From a virus (taxonomy: Duplodnaviria > Caudoviricetes), in the IMG/VR virus record IMGVR_UViG_3300047551_002158: a DNA stretch of 64,000 bases; one strand, given 5' to 3'. Below, piece by piece: positions 1 to 7,449 of this stretch. Positions within the stretch are counted from its first letter, which is position 1. Every line of letters starts with the position of its first letter. A program made the position numbers and the translations under genes. The notes under the pieces are model-generated. The model saw only the letters and a list, made by a program, of their open reading frames with translations. It did no database searches and was not told the DNA's origin.

Positions 1-1
1 T

Positions 2-115
2 AATAATCAACACGAACCTATGGAGCCTTGGGTATTCTGGGCGGGAATGGGTATTATGATATTTACAGTTATTATTTTTGTTGTATTTACTCTTTCAGTG
101 ATGTATTGGGGATAA
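2..115 (+). CDS. small membrane protein, probably 5'-truncated
   Basis: Open frame ...NNQHEPMEPWVFWAGMGIMIFTVIIFVVFTLSVMYWG* read by hand; one hydrophobic helix. Confidence 0.55.
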   Translation, partial: NNQHEPMEPWVFWAGMGIMIFTVIIFVVFTLSVMYWG

Positions 116-152
116 TATGTTCAATTCATAACAAAACCTTATCAACTGAAAT

Positions 153-190
153 AGAACTCCTTATAATTACTAAGGAGTTCTTTCTTTTTA
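153..190 (+). terminator. hairpin plus U-tract covering the talC ribosome-binding site
   Basis: AGAACTCCTTA/TAAGGAGTTCT perfect 11-bp inverted repeat followed by TTTCTTTTT; the 3' arm contains TAAGGAG. Confidence 0.6.
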
Positions 191-191
191 T

Positions 192-851
192 ATGAAGATC
201 TTTTTAGATACGGCAGATGTTTCATTAATTGGACCAGCATACGACACAGGATTATTAGATGGTGTCACTACAAATCCCACTCTAATCCTCAAAAGCGGTA
301 GACAACTTCAAGAAGTTATTACAGAAATCGCAAATACATTTACAGAGTTAGAAAGCATCTCTGCAGAAGTTGTTGTAGATACAGCAGAGGAAATGCTTAC
401 AGAAGCAAAGAATTATTATTCAATTTCTCCAAGTGTTACAATCAAAGTTCCTTGTACTGTTGAAGGATTGAAGGCTTGTAAGTTTCTTTCTGGACAAGGA
501 ATTAAAACAAATGTAACTTTGGTGTTTTCCGTTGCTCAGGCAATTCTTGCATCTAAAGCAGGAGCAACATTCATCTCACCATTTGTAGGTCGTTGGATGG
601 ATAATTCAGTTGATGGAATTGAACTACTCAAGAACATTCGTAAGGCATTTGATTATTCTGGAACATCAACTCAAATTCTTGCAGCATCTCTTCGTGATGT
701 TAGACAAGTTGAACAATCTGCACTGTATGGTGCAGATGTAATTACAATCCCACCAATCGTATTTTGGTCAATGTATAAAAACATTATGACCGAAAAAGGA
801 CTGGAGTTGTTCCAGAAAGATTGGAATGAAGTTCTTAAATCAAAAGAATGA
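192..851 (+). CDS. talC: transaldolase (TalC/FSA family, cyanophage type)
   Basis: MKIFLDTAD, GVTTNPTLI, TIKVP (Schiff-base Lys), NVTLVFSVAQA, SPFVGR, ILAASLR motifs; 219 aa. Confidence 0.97.
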   Translation: MKIFLDTADVSLIGPAYDTGLLDGVTTNPTLILKSGRQLQEVITEIANTFTELESISAEVVVDTAEEMLTEAKNYYSISPSVTIKVPCTVEGLKACKFLSGQGIKTNVTLVFSVAQAILASKAGATFISPFVGRWMDNSVDGIELLKNIRKAFDYSGTSTQILAASLRDVRQVEQSALYGADVITIPPIVFWSMYKNIMTEKGLELFQKDWNEVLKSKE

Positions 852-1054
852 AAAAGGAGCATCAGTGTTGGAATTTTATAATGTCATCATTCGCAAGATC
901 ATACGGGGTAAATAGAGTGATGATTGAACAGAAATTTCACGAAATTGCATTAGAATGGTGTGATGAGCACGATTACATTTGTGATGTTGAACTTGAAAGT
1001 TTATCTAAAGTTGATTTGTATTTTAGAAACATTTACGAAAACTGGGAGAAATAA
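848..1054 (+). CDS. hypothetical protein
   Basis: 68-aa ORF; its start overlaps the talC stop and its stop abuts the gnd start. Confidence 0.7.
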   Translation: MKKEHQCWNFIMSSFARSYGVNRVMIEQKFHEIALEWCDEHDYICDVELESLSKVDLYFRNIYENWEK

Positions 1055-2080
1055 ATGAAAGTTGGATTAATTGGACTTGGACGAATGGGAGAAGGAATGT
1101 CCCGTCGTATGATGAAAGCAGGTATCGAAGTATGGGGATATCGTAGAAATTATGAAAAGGCAAGTGAAGCATATGAGAAAGGTTATGTAAATGGAGTTGC
1201 TACAACCATCGAAAATCTTGTCAGAATAGTTAAACAAAGTGGATCACAACCAGGAATTTTTCAAATGGTTGTACCAGCAGAAACAGTAGAGGAAACGATC
1301 AATGAGTTACTACGATTTTGTGGTGAGGGAGATATTATTATTGATCATGGCAATAGCAATTTTAAAGACAGTCGGAAGAGAGCAGAACGTCTGGCAAAGA
1401 TGGGTATCCAATATATTGATTGTGGCACTAGCGGTGGTGTTTACGGTCTGGATCGTGGATACTGTCTTATGGTTGGTGGTGGAGATACTGCAGTCGCCAC
1501 TTGCAAAAGCATTTTTAATGCCCTCTCTCCAGACATCCACTCTGCCCCAAGGACTGATGCCTGCGACAACGTAACATCAGCAGAGCACGGTTGGTTGCAC
1601 TGTGGTGGTCCAGGAGCAGGACATTTTGTTAAGATGGTGCATAATGGTATTGAATATGGTATGATGCAGGCGTATGCCGAAGGTTTTAACATTCTAAAGA
1701 GTGCAAACAATGGAGCACAATACGTCAAAGAAGGAGATGCAGAGGTCGCACCTATGGCAGATCCAGAAAGTTACTGCTATGATATTGATGTTGCTGAAGT
1801 TGCTGAGTTATGGCGTCGTGGTAGCGTTGTTAGTAGCTGGTTACTTGACCTTACTGCTGATGTGTTGCGCGGCAGCCCACAGCTTTCTAACTTCTCTGGA
1901 GGAGTATCCGACAGTGGTGAAGGTCGGTGGACGGTTAATGCTGCTGTGGATCTGGGGGTTCCCGCTCCTGTCATCACCACTGCTCTTTATGAAAGATTTA
2001 ATTCACGCAATCTGGGCACTTTCGCAGCCAAGATTCTAAATGGTATGAGATACATGTTTGGAGGACATCACGTTCGATGA
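1055..2080 (+). CDS. gnd: 6-phosphogluconate dehydrogenase (short-chain, decarboxylating)
   Basis: GLIGLGRMG Rossmann motif, IIDHGNS, DCGTSGG, GAGHFVKMVHNGIEYG, DSGEGRW. Confidence 0.97.
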   Translation: MKVGLIGLGRMGEGMSRRMMKAGIEVWGYRRNYEKASEAYEKGYVNGVATTIENLVRIVKQSGSQPGIFQMVVPAETVEETINELLRFCGEGDIIIDHGNSNFKDSRKRAERLAKMGIQYIDCGTSGGVYGLDRGYCLMVGGGDTAVATCKSIFNALSPDIHSAPRTDACDNVTSAEHGWLHCGGPGAGHFVKMVHNGIEYGMMQAYAEGFNILKSANNGAQYVKEGDAEVAPMADPESYCYDIDVAEVAELWRRGSVVSSWLLDLTADVLRGSPQLSNFSGGVSDSGEGRWTVNAAVDLGVPAPVITTALYERFNSRNLGTFAAKILNGMRYMFGGHHVR

Positions 2081-2187
2081 TTACGACTGAGACACCTTAT
2101 AAACTGGCTGAGATCATTCGTGATACTTGGCCAGGTCTTTATAGACCTCCAGCAAAAGTTAACAAATCAACTCAAAAAACTAAATAA
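2077..2187 (+). CDS. 36-aa hypothetical peptide
   Basis: ATGA overlap with the gnd stop; MITTETPYKLAEIIRDTWPGLYRPPAKVNKSTQKTK*; recalled as a type of small ORF seen in cyanophages. Confidence 0.65.
   Translation: MITTETPYKLAEIIRDTWPGLYRPPAKVNKSTQKTK
2181..2186 (+). promoter_or_regulatory. putative T4-type late promoter
   Basis: TAAATA about 30 nt upstream of the repeat-protein ATG. Confidence 0.45.
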
Positions 2188-2215
2188 TACTTAGATGTAA
2201 TTGGAGATTTTGGTA

Positions 2216-3511
2216 ATGGAAGAACTGCAACTTGAAGAACAACAAAGAACTAATCAGCAGGCACAGGATCGTACTCCATATGATCCTAATGCTGCTGATC
2301 GTTTTGCAGAAGGTTATACTCCAGTGGGAGAGGGGAGAGATAATACTCCAGTAGAACAAGTAAATCCTGTTCGTGTTGGTGAAGTTGAAGCAACTACCGA
2401 AATAAACTCTGATCTTGGTATTAATAATCCACAGGATCTTGCTTCTGGTGGAAGTGATTTTGCTTTGAATGAAAGAGTTCCCAATCAAAATAATATTAAC
2501 TCAGAAGTTCCATTCAACGATCCATTAAGACCACTAAATGTCAATGCTAATAACTTACCTGACACTGCTAATATCCCTGTCAGTGTCAGCAATAGTCCTG
2601 AGGTTCCTGATAGACAAGTTCCACAAGAACCTGTAACTCCTACTCCAGAACCTCCTATAAATCCCCCTGATCCTCCAGTAGATCCTCCAGTTGATCCACC
2701 CGTAGATCCTCCAGTAGATCCTCCAGTGGACCCACCTGTTGATCCTCCAGTAGATCCTCCAGTAGATCCTCCAGTTGATCCTCCAGTAGATCCTCCAGTT
2801 GATCCTCCAGTTGATCCTCCAGTTGATCCTCCAGTTGATCCTCCAGTAGATCCTCCAGTGGACCCACCTGTTGATCCTCCAGTAGATCCACCCGTAGATC
2901 CTCCAGTTGATCCTCCAGTTGATCCTCCAGAAGACCCTGAAGATCCAGAAGACCCTGAAGATCCAGAAGACCCTGAAGATCCAGAAGACCCTGAAGATCC
3001 AGAAGACCCTGAAGATCCAGAAGACCCTGAAGATCCAGAAGACCCTGAAGATCCAGATAAAGGAAATAATGGATTTGGTAATGGAGATCAGGATGCTCCA
3101 GGTGGTTCAGGCCCTCATAACAACGCAGAAAATGACCAAACTCCAGGAGAGCAAGGTAACTCTCATCAAGATAATAATAATAATGGAGGAGGTGGAGGAA
3201 ACTCAGATAGTAAAGGCAATAATGGGTGGGGAAATGGAGACCAGGATGCTCCAGGTGGTTCAGGACCTCATAACAACGCTGAAAATGATGAAACTCCTAA
3301 TGGACATACTGCTGACCTTGTAGATAAGTTCCTCACAGAAAATCCAGTAGATCATTCAGACGACCATAATCCACAATTTGATATTCCAAATCAGGATACA
3401 GAGCATTCAGATCATTCAAATTATTCTGATTATGTAAGTGTAGAAGTTTATGACGTTCACAGTACTGATTTTGTAGATCATCACTATAATGATCATCATA
3501 ATGAATTTTAA
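2216..3511 (+). CDS. acidic Pro/Asp-repeat protein (DPPV and DPE tracts, duplicated GNNGxGNGDQDAPG motif, His/Asp-rich tail)
   Basis: Long ORF; ATG 2216 preferred over TTG 2201; repeats show synonymous variation consistent with coding. Confidence 0.8.
   Translation: MEELQLEEQQRTNQQAQDRTPYDPNAADRFAEGYTPVGEGRDNTPVEQVNPVRVGEVEATTEINSDLGINNPQDLASGGSDFALNERVPNQNNINSEVPFNDPLRPLNVNANNLPDTANIPVSVSNSPEVPDRQVPQEPVTPTPEPPINPPDPPVDPPVDPPVDPPVDPPVDPPVDPPVDPPVDPPVDPPVDPPVDPPVDPPVDPPVDPPVDPPVDPPVDPPVDPPVDPPVDPPVDPPEDPEDPEDPEDPEDPEDPEDPEDPEDPEDPEDPEDPEDPEDPDKGNNGFGNGDQDAPGGSGPHNNAENDQTPGEQGNSHQDNNNNGGGGGNSDSKGNNGWGNGDQDAPGGSGPHNNAENDETPNGHTADLVDKFLTENPVDHSDDHNPQFDIPNQDTEHSDHSNYSDYVSVEVYDVHSTDFVDHHYNDHHNEF
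2669..3058 (+). repeat. coding tandem repeats: ~21 x 12-nt (DPPV) then ~14 x 9-nt (DPE)
   Basis: GATCCTCCAGTW units at 2669-2920; alternating GACCCTGAA/GATCCAGAA at 2933-3058. Confidence 0.95.
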
Positions 3512-3568
3512 AATAATAATTAATTTTTTTTATAAATTAATATATAATTACATTGCATTTTATTGACT

Positions 3569-3805
3569 ATGAAATTTACAGTTTATTCGAAAGATGGATG
3601 TCCTTATTGCACTAAGGTTGAGCAAGTGCTACAATTAGCAAATCTTGAGCACGTTGTATACAAACTTGGAACTAATTTTGACAGAGATCAGTTTTATGCA
3701 GAGTTTGGGCAAGGATCTACCTTTCCTCAAGTGATTGTGGATGATAAACACATTGGTGGTTGCACTGATACTGTACAATATCTTAAGGAGCAAAAATTAG
3801 TTTAA
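3569..3805 (+). CDS. nrdC: glutaredoxin
   Basis: CPYC active site, TFPQV, IGGCTD. Confidence 0.93.
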   Translation: MKFTVYSKDGCPYCTKVEQVLQLANLEHVVYKLGTNFDRDQFYAEFGQGSTFPQVIVDDKHIGGCTDTVQYLKEQKLV

Positions 3806-4164
3806 TGGAAACGACATTTCACGAAGTTTATAATGATGTTGAAAAGGCAATTGATTATGCTTTTAATGGTAAATTTGTTTTAAATTTTTATGATTATTTA
3901 AAAGTTCGTGGAACAAGAAAATTGGAAGTTGAAGAATTTATTGAAAGTTCTACTGCTAATGAACTTAGCAATCTTGTAATGGACTTGGATGATTACCTTG
4001 AAGGTGGTTCTGATGAAATTCATAGACAACTTAGAGAAGGTTATGGTCACATTCCAAAACCACAAGCAAGAAAAATAAGAAATTACCTTTATGGTATTCT
4101 TGAAGATGCCTGGAGATATAATCATGATAAACGACCAGGAAGGAGAAAAAAGAAAACTAAATAA
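3805..4164 (+). CDS. conserved cyanophage hypothetical protein
   Basis: 119-aa ORF coupled to glutaredoxin; basic C-terminus. Confidence 0.8.
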   Translation: METTFHEVYNDVEKAIDYAFNGKFVLNFYDYLKVRGTRKLEVEEFIESSTANELSNLVMDLDDYLEGGSDEIHRQLREGYGHIPKPQARKIRNYLYGILEDAWRYNHDKRPGRRKKKTK

Positions 4165-4330
4165 GTCAGAACCTCAAATTAACAGAGGTGTTGAGTTATT
4201 ACTTAGGAATAGAAGGAGGAGATCATCAAAACCAAAAACTTTTCAAGTGAAGTTTGGTAAAATGATTTCTCTATTCCGTAGAGAGTTTCATTTTTTTATA
4301 GAATTTCACTTTGATATAAGGAAAAAATAA
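4124..4330 (+). CDS. basic hypothetical protein
   Basis: ORF with NRGVELLLRNRRR; start uncertain. Confidence 0.65.
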   Translation: MINDQEGEKRKLNKSEPQINRGVELLLRNRRRRSSKPKTFQVKFGKMISLFRREFHFFIEFHFDIRKK

Positions 4331-4349
4331 ACTCTCTGGAGAAAGGAAA

Positions 4350-4583
4350 ATGGAAACAGCATATGTAATAACATTCTCAGTAATGTTCACGTTGCTCTTT
4401 TTTATGGTTGGGGGTATAATAGGTTGGTTGACATATAGACACCTAATAGAAAATAGACCTCCTTATTTGCATCCAGAGTTCTTTGATGAAAATGGGCAGG
4501 TGATACCTGACGAAATAGTTGCAGTAACATTTGAAAATAACGATTACGATTATGACGACTACGAAGACGAGGAAGAAGACTGA
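4350..4583 (+). CDS. small membrane protein
   Basis: N-terminal TM helix, LHPEFFDENG motif, acidic tail; GGAG upstream. Confidence 0.8.
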   Translation: METAYVITFSVMFTLLFFMVGGIIGWLTYRHLIENRPPYLHPEFFDENGQVIPDEIVAVTFENNDYDYDDYEDEEED

Positions 4584-5118
4584 AGAATTAGTAGTATCTC
4601 TTCCGACAAATCCTTTTATATTTGAAATCTTAGAACTTGTTTCTAAGCAAAGATCAAATGCAAAAAAAGTTGAAGTTTTAAAGACTTATGAGCATGATGC
4701 TCTTAAAACAATTTTTATTTGGAATTTTGATGATAGTGTAATTTCCCTTCTCCCAGAAGGTGAAGTTCCTTACGGAGACGTAAAGGATCAGAATGTTTAT
4801 TCTGGAACCCTCTCAGAAAATCTCTCCAGAGAAGCAGTTGGTGGAGAAGCAGCTACTCTTCAAGATCTTCAAGGAAGAGACCGCACATCTATTCGTAAAG
4901 AATATCAAAATTTTTATCACTACGTTCAGGGTGGCAACAATACTCTGTCATCTATTCGTAGAGAAATGATGTTCATAAATTTACTTCAAGGACTTCATCC
5001 CAAGGAAGCAGAAGTAGTAGTTCTTACAAAGGATAAAAAACTTCAAACTAAATACAAAATAACTCACGAAAATGTTAAGGAAGCATATCCTGATATCAAG
5101 TGGGGAGGTCGTTCATGA
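4552..5118 (+). CDS. conserved T4-like cyanophage hypothetical protein
   Basis: REMMFINLLQGLHPKEAEVV motif typical of a core marine/freshwater myovirus protein. Confidence 0.8.
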   Translation: MTTTKTRKKTEELVVSLPTNPFIFEILELVSKQRSNAKKVEVLKTYEHDALKTIFIWNFDDSVISLLPEGEVPYGDVKDQNVYSGTLSENLSREAVGGEAATLQDLQGRDRTSIRKEYQNFYHYVQGGNNTLSSIRREMMFINLLQGLHPKEAEVVVLTKDKKLQTKYKITHENVKEAYPDIKWGGRS

Positions 5119-5453
5119 CGGCAACAATAGGAGCGAAGAAAAAAATGGCAGAATCTACAAAAAAAGAAAAGCAAATTCTGCCCCATGAATATGGATGTCA
5201 AATCCTTTTGGAAAAAACTACATTAGAAAAAGCAAAAGATACTTCATTCCCAAATGATGCATATTTGATTTGGTATGTTGAAAATGGGAAGCAGCATATT
5301 GATTTAACTCGCTGTCATAAAAGAGTTCAATTGTTTGATATGTATTATGATAAGTATGGTCCAGGAGCAGTTCAAAAAATTGATTTTGGATATGGTAGAG
5401 TAAATCCCAGACTTTGGGGAGTAAAACAACCTGAGAAAAAGAAGAGAAAATGA
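5115..5453 (+). CDS. hypothetical protein
   Basis: ATGA-coupled ORF within the operon. Confidence 0.75.
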   Translation: MTATIGAKKKMAESTKKEKQILPHEYGCQILLEKTTLEKAKDTSFPNDAYLIWYVENGKQHIDLTRCHKRVQLFDMYYDKYGPGAVQKIDFGYGRVNPRLWGVKQPEKKKRK

Positions 5454-5662
5454 GTTCTGGATTTGGTGGTCAAGGAAAAGAAAATAGAGTTGGTAAAGAT
5501 GCCAATATTACTATTGATTTAGACAATATAGATATAGTTCTAAAACAATATAAAAAAATTAAAAAATATCAAAAGTCATCTCTGTTCGCTATCAAAACAA
5601 TGGACGGCACAGAAGAGATTGTGAGTTCATTGATTAAGGAAGCGGAGGAAAATCCACTGTAA
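5450..5662 (+). CDS. hypothetical protein
   Basis: 70-aa ATGA-coupled ORF. Confidence 0.7.
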   Translation: MSSGFGGQGKENRVGKDANITIDLDNIDIVLKQYKKIKKYQKSSLFAIKTMDGTEEIVSSLIKEAEENPL

Positions 5663-5663
5663 A

Positions 5664-5990
5664 ATGGGGAAGCATTATTTACTTAACTTGTATGGATGCT
5701 CGTTTGTCCTTTTGGACGACGAGCGTTGTCTTATAGACCTATTAGAGTGTGCAGCAGAAGCAAGCGGTGCTACTGTGGTTCAAACTATCTCAAAAAAGTT
5801 TGAACCACAAGGAGTAACCGTTATTTGTTTGCTTTCTGAAAGTCATATTAGTATTCATACTTGGCCAGAAGAAGGTAAGGCAGCAGTGGATGTATATACC
5901 TGTGGAGATTGTAATCCAAAGATCGGGTGTGATATGATTATCCATCAACTCTTTGCTACTAATCATACGTTGAGTTACATAGAACGGTAA
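5664..5990 (+). CDS. speD: pyruvoyl-dependent S-adenosylmethionine decarboxylase family proenzyme
   Basis: MGKHYLLNLYGC, FEPQGVT, LSESHISIHTWPE self-cleavage motif, DVYTCG. Confidence 0.93.
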   Translation: MGKHYLLNLYGCSFVLLDDERCLIDLLECAAEASGATVVQTISKKFEPQGVTVICLLSESHISIHTWPEEGKAAVDVYTCGDCNPKIGCDMIIHQLFATNHTLSYIER

Positions 5991-6000
5991 CAAAAGTTAC
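5987..6000 (+). promoter_or_regulatory. NtcA-type binding box
   Basis: GTAACAAAAGTTAC = GTA-N8-TAC with GTAAC/GTTAC palindromic arms; TAATAT (-10-like) at 6013-6018. Confidence 0.65.
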
Positions 6001-6024
6001 AAAATAAAAATCTAATATATTATA

Positions 6025-6118
6025 CGTTCATCCCTTTGGGACGGAAGTAAGTTGACGCGGAACGGATCGTTCATTCGCTATTCTCAAATAGCGAACGCAA
6101 CCGCCGACTGAAGGAACG
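6025..6118 (+). ncRNA. glutamine riboswitch-like element (glnA / Downstream-peptide class)
   Basis: P1 CGTTC/GAACG, P2 TCCC-TTT-GGGA, E-loop GGAAGTA/GAAG, P3 AGTTG/CGACT; sits directly upstream of a YRGVxY peptide. Confidence 0.8.
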
Positions 6119-6149
6119 CTCTTTAACCTCAAAATTAAGGAGAACCCTA

Positions 6150-6287
6150 ATGTCAAAAGTAGTATATCGTGGTGTCGAATATGACACTCAAAAGCGTCTT
6201 GAATATCAACAACAGATGATGCAACAACCTCAACAATACAATGAAACCTATCGTGGTGTTAAATTTGTAAAAGAGGGGCATAAGTGA
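6150..6287 (+). CDS. DUF4278-like 45-aa peptide (putative GS-inactivating-factor-related)
   Basis: SD AAGGAG at 6137-6142; MSKVVYRGVEYDTQKRLEYQQQMMQQPQQYNETYRGVKFVKEGHK* with two YRGV motifs. Confidence 0.8.
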   Translation: MSKVVYRGVEYDTQKRLEYQQQMMQQPQQYNETYRGVKFVKEGHK

Positions 6288-6288
6288 A

Positions 6289-6390
6289 ATGAATACTTAC
6301 TTTGTTCGTTATCTTAAGAAAAAAGCAAAGAAGGAACAACTCCTTCATAATGCACAACTGAATATGGCAAAGCAACCTCAAGTTGCTTAA
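6289..6390 (+). CDS. 33-aa basic peptide
   Basis: MNTYFVRYLKKKAKKEQLLHNAQLNMAKQPQVA*; starts 1 nt after the previous stop and ends just before the terminator. Confidence 0.65.
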   Translation: MNTYFVRYLKKKAKKEQLLHNAQLNMAKQPQVA

Positions 6391-6396
6391 TATTTC

Positions 6397-6426
6397 AAAG
6401 AGGGTCTTGACTGACCCTCTTTTTTT
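6397..6426 (+). terminator. intrinsic terminator
   Basis: AAAGAGGGTC-TTGACT-GACCCTCTTT followed by a T tract. Confidence 0.85.
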
Positions 6427-6435
6427 ATGTATAAT
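6407..6435 (+). promoter_or_regulatory. sigma70-type early promoter
   Basis: TTGACT-17 nt-TATAAT; the -35 lies in the terminator loop. Confidence 0.8.
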
Positions 6436-6458
6436 TACCTTTGTGAGGGTTGATAAAA

Positions 6459-6701
6459 ATGGATAAAGAAAAGCTTAAACTCATCATAAGAAACTTAGAG
6501 TCTCTTGTAGACTGTCTTAAATCAGAAGTTTATTCTGATGTAGATTCATATAAACCAGAAACTCAATATGAAGATATTGCTCCTTATATTGACGATTATG
6601 ATGAGGTCTTCTATGATGAGGAAGATGATGAGATCTATGGACCAGTAAAAGTAAACAAGAAATACAAACTAACCAATGATGATGATGGAGATGGACTGTG
6701 A
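6459..6701 (+). CDS. acidic hypothetical protein
   Basis: MDKEKLKLIIRNLESLV... first ORF after the early promoter. Confidence 0.75.
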   Translation: MDKEKLKLIIRNLESLVDCLKSEVYSDVDSYKPETQYEDIAPYIDDYDEVFYDEEDDEIYGPVKVNKKYKLTNDDDGDGL

Positions 6702-7420
6702 AAGAAATGTTTGATGAATTTGAATTTATGAAACCAGAAGTTAAACTTGTTTCAGTGACGCCAGATGCAGAAAAACATATGGCATATTGTGCAAGGGTTT
6801 CAAATCCAAAAAATCAAGACAATGAAAGTTTTGAAGGACTTCTTAAGTATTGTATTAAACATCAACACTGGAGTATTTTTGAGCAAGCAAGTCTAACAGT
6901 AGAGATTAATACAACCAGAGGTATTGCTGCTCAGATTTTGCGACATAGGAGTTTTACTTTTCAAGAGTTTTCCCAAAGGTATGCTGACACAAATCTGTTG
7001 AATGAAACTATTCCTCTTCCAGAACTTCGTAGACAGGACAATAAGAATCGTCAGAACAGTATTGATGACCTTCCGGAGTATCTGAAACTGACTCTGTTAG
7101 AAGATATTAGAATGCATTTTGAGCAGTCTCAGAGGATCTACAACCGCCTTCTGGACAAAGGTGTGGCAAAGGAGTGTGCAAGGTTCGTATTGCCCTTAGC
7201 GACGCCTACACGCCTTTATATGACTGGTTCTGTAAGGTCTTGGATACACTATATTGATCTTCGTTCGGCTCATGGAACTCAAAAGGAACATATGGATATT
7301 GCTGAGGCAATTCGTTGTATTTTTACTTGTCAATTCCCAGCAGTTTCTACTGCTCTTGGTTGGACTCGTGATAACTGTGATGATTGTGAAAGTATCCAAC
7401 CATCAGTTCGTATAGACTAA
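6698..7420 (+). CDS. thyX: flavin-dependent thymidylate synthase
   Basis: HWSIFEQ, QILRHRSFTFQEFSQRY ThyX signature, ECARFVLP. Confidence 0.96.
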   Translation: MKEMFDEFEFMKPEVKLVSVTPDAEKHMAYCARVSNPKNQDNESFEGLLKYCIKHQHWSIFEQASLTVEINTTRGIAAQILRHRSFTFQEFSQRYADTNLLNETIPLPELRRQDNKNRQNSIDDLPEYLKLTLLEDIRMHFEQSQRIYNRLLDKGVAKECARFVLPLATPTRLYMTGSVRSWIHYIDLRSAHGTQKEHMDIAEAIRCIFTCQFPAVSTALGWTRDNCDDCESIQPSVRID

Positions 7421-7423
7421 ATA
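7418..7423 (+). promoter_or_regulatory. putative late promoter
   Basis: TAAATA upstream of GGAGG and the TTG start at 7450. Confidence 0.45.
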
Positions 7424-7449
7424 TTCTCATATAAAATGGAGGCATAAAT

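Noticed and set aside
2669-3058. Tandem repeats as a CRISPR or mini-array
   Set aside because: Units are 9-12 nt and contiguous with no unique spacers; variation is synonymous in the coding frame
2655-3323. ORFs 2655-2891(-) and 2907-3323(+) with EDQL/QKTLKI repeats
   Set aside because: Alternate-frame shadows of the DPPV/DPE repeats; no RBS or independent domain
6698-7420. Intron or intein in thymidylate synthase
   Set aside because: thyX is continuous and of normal length
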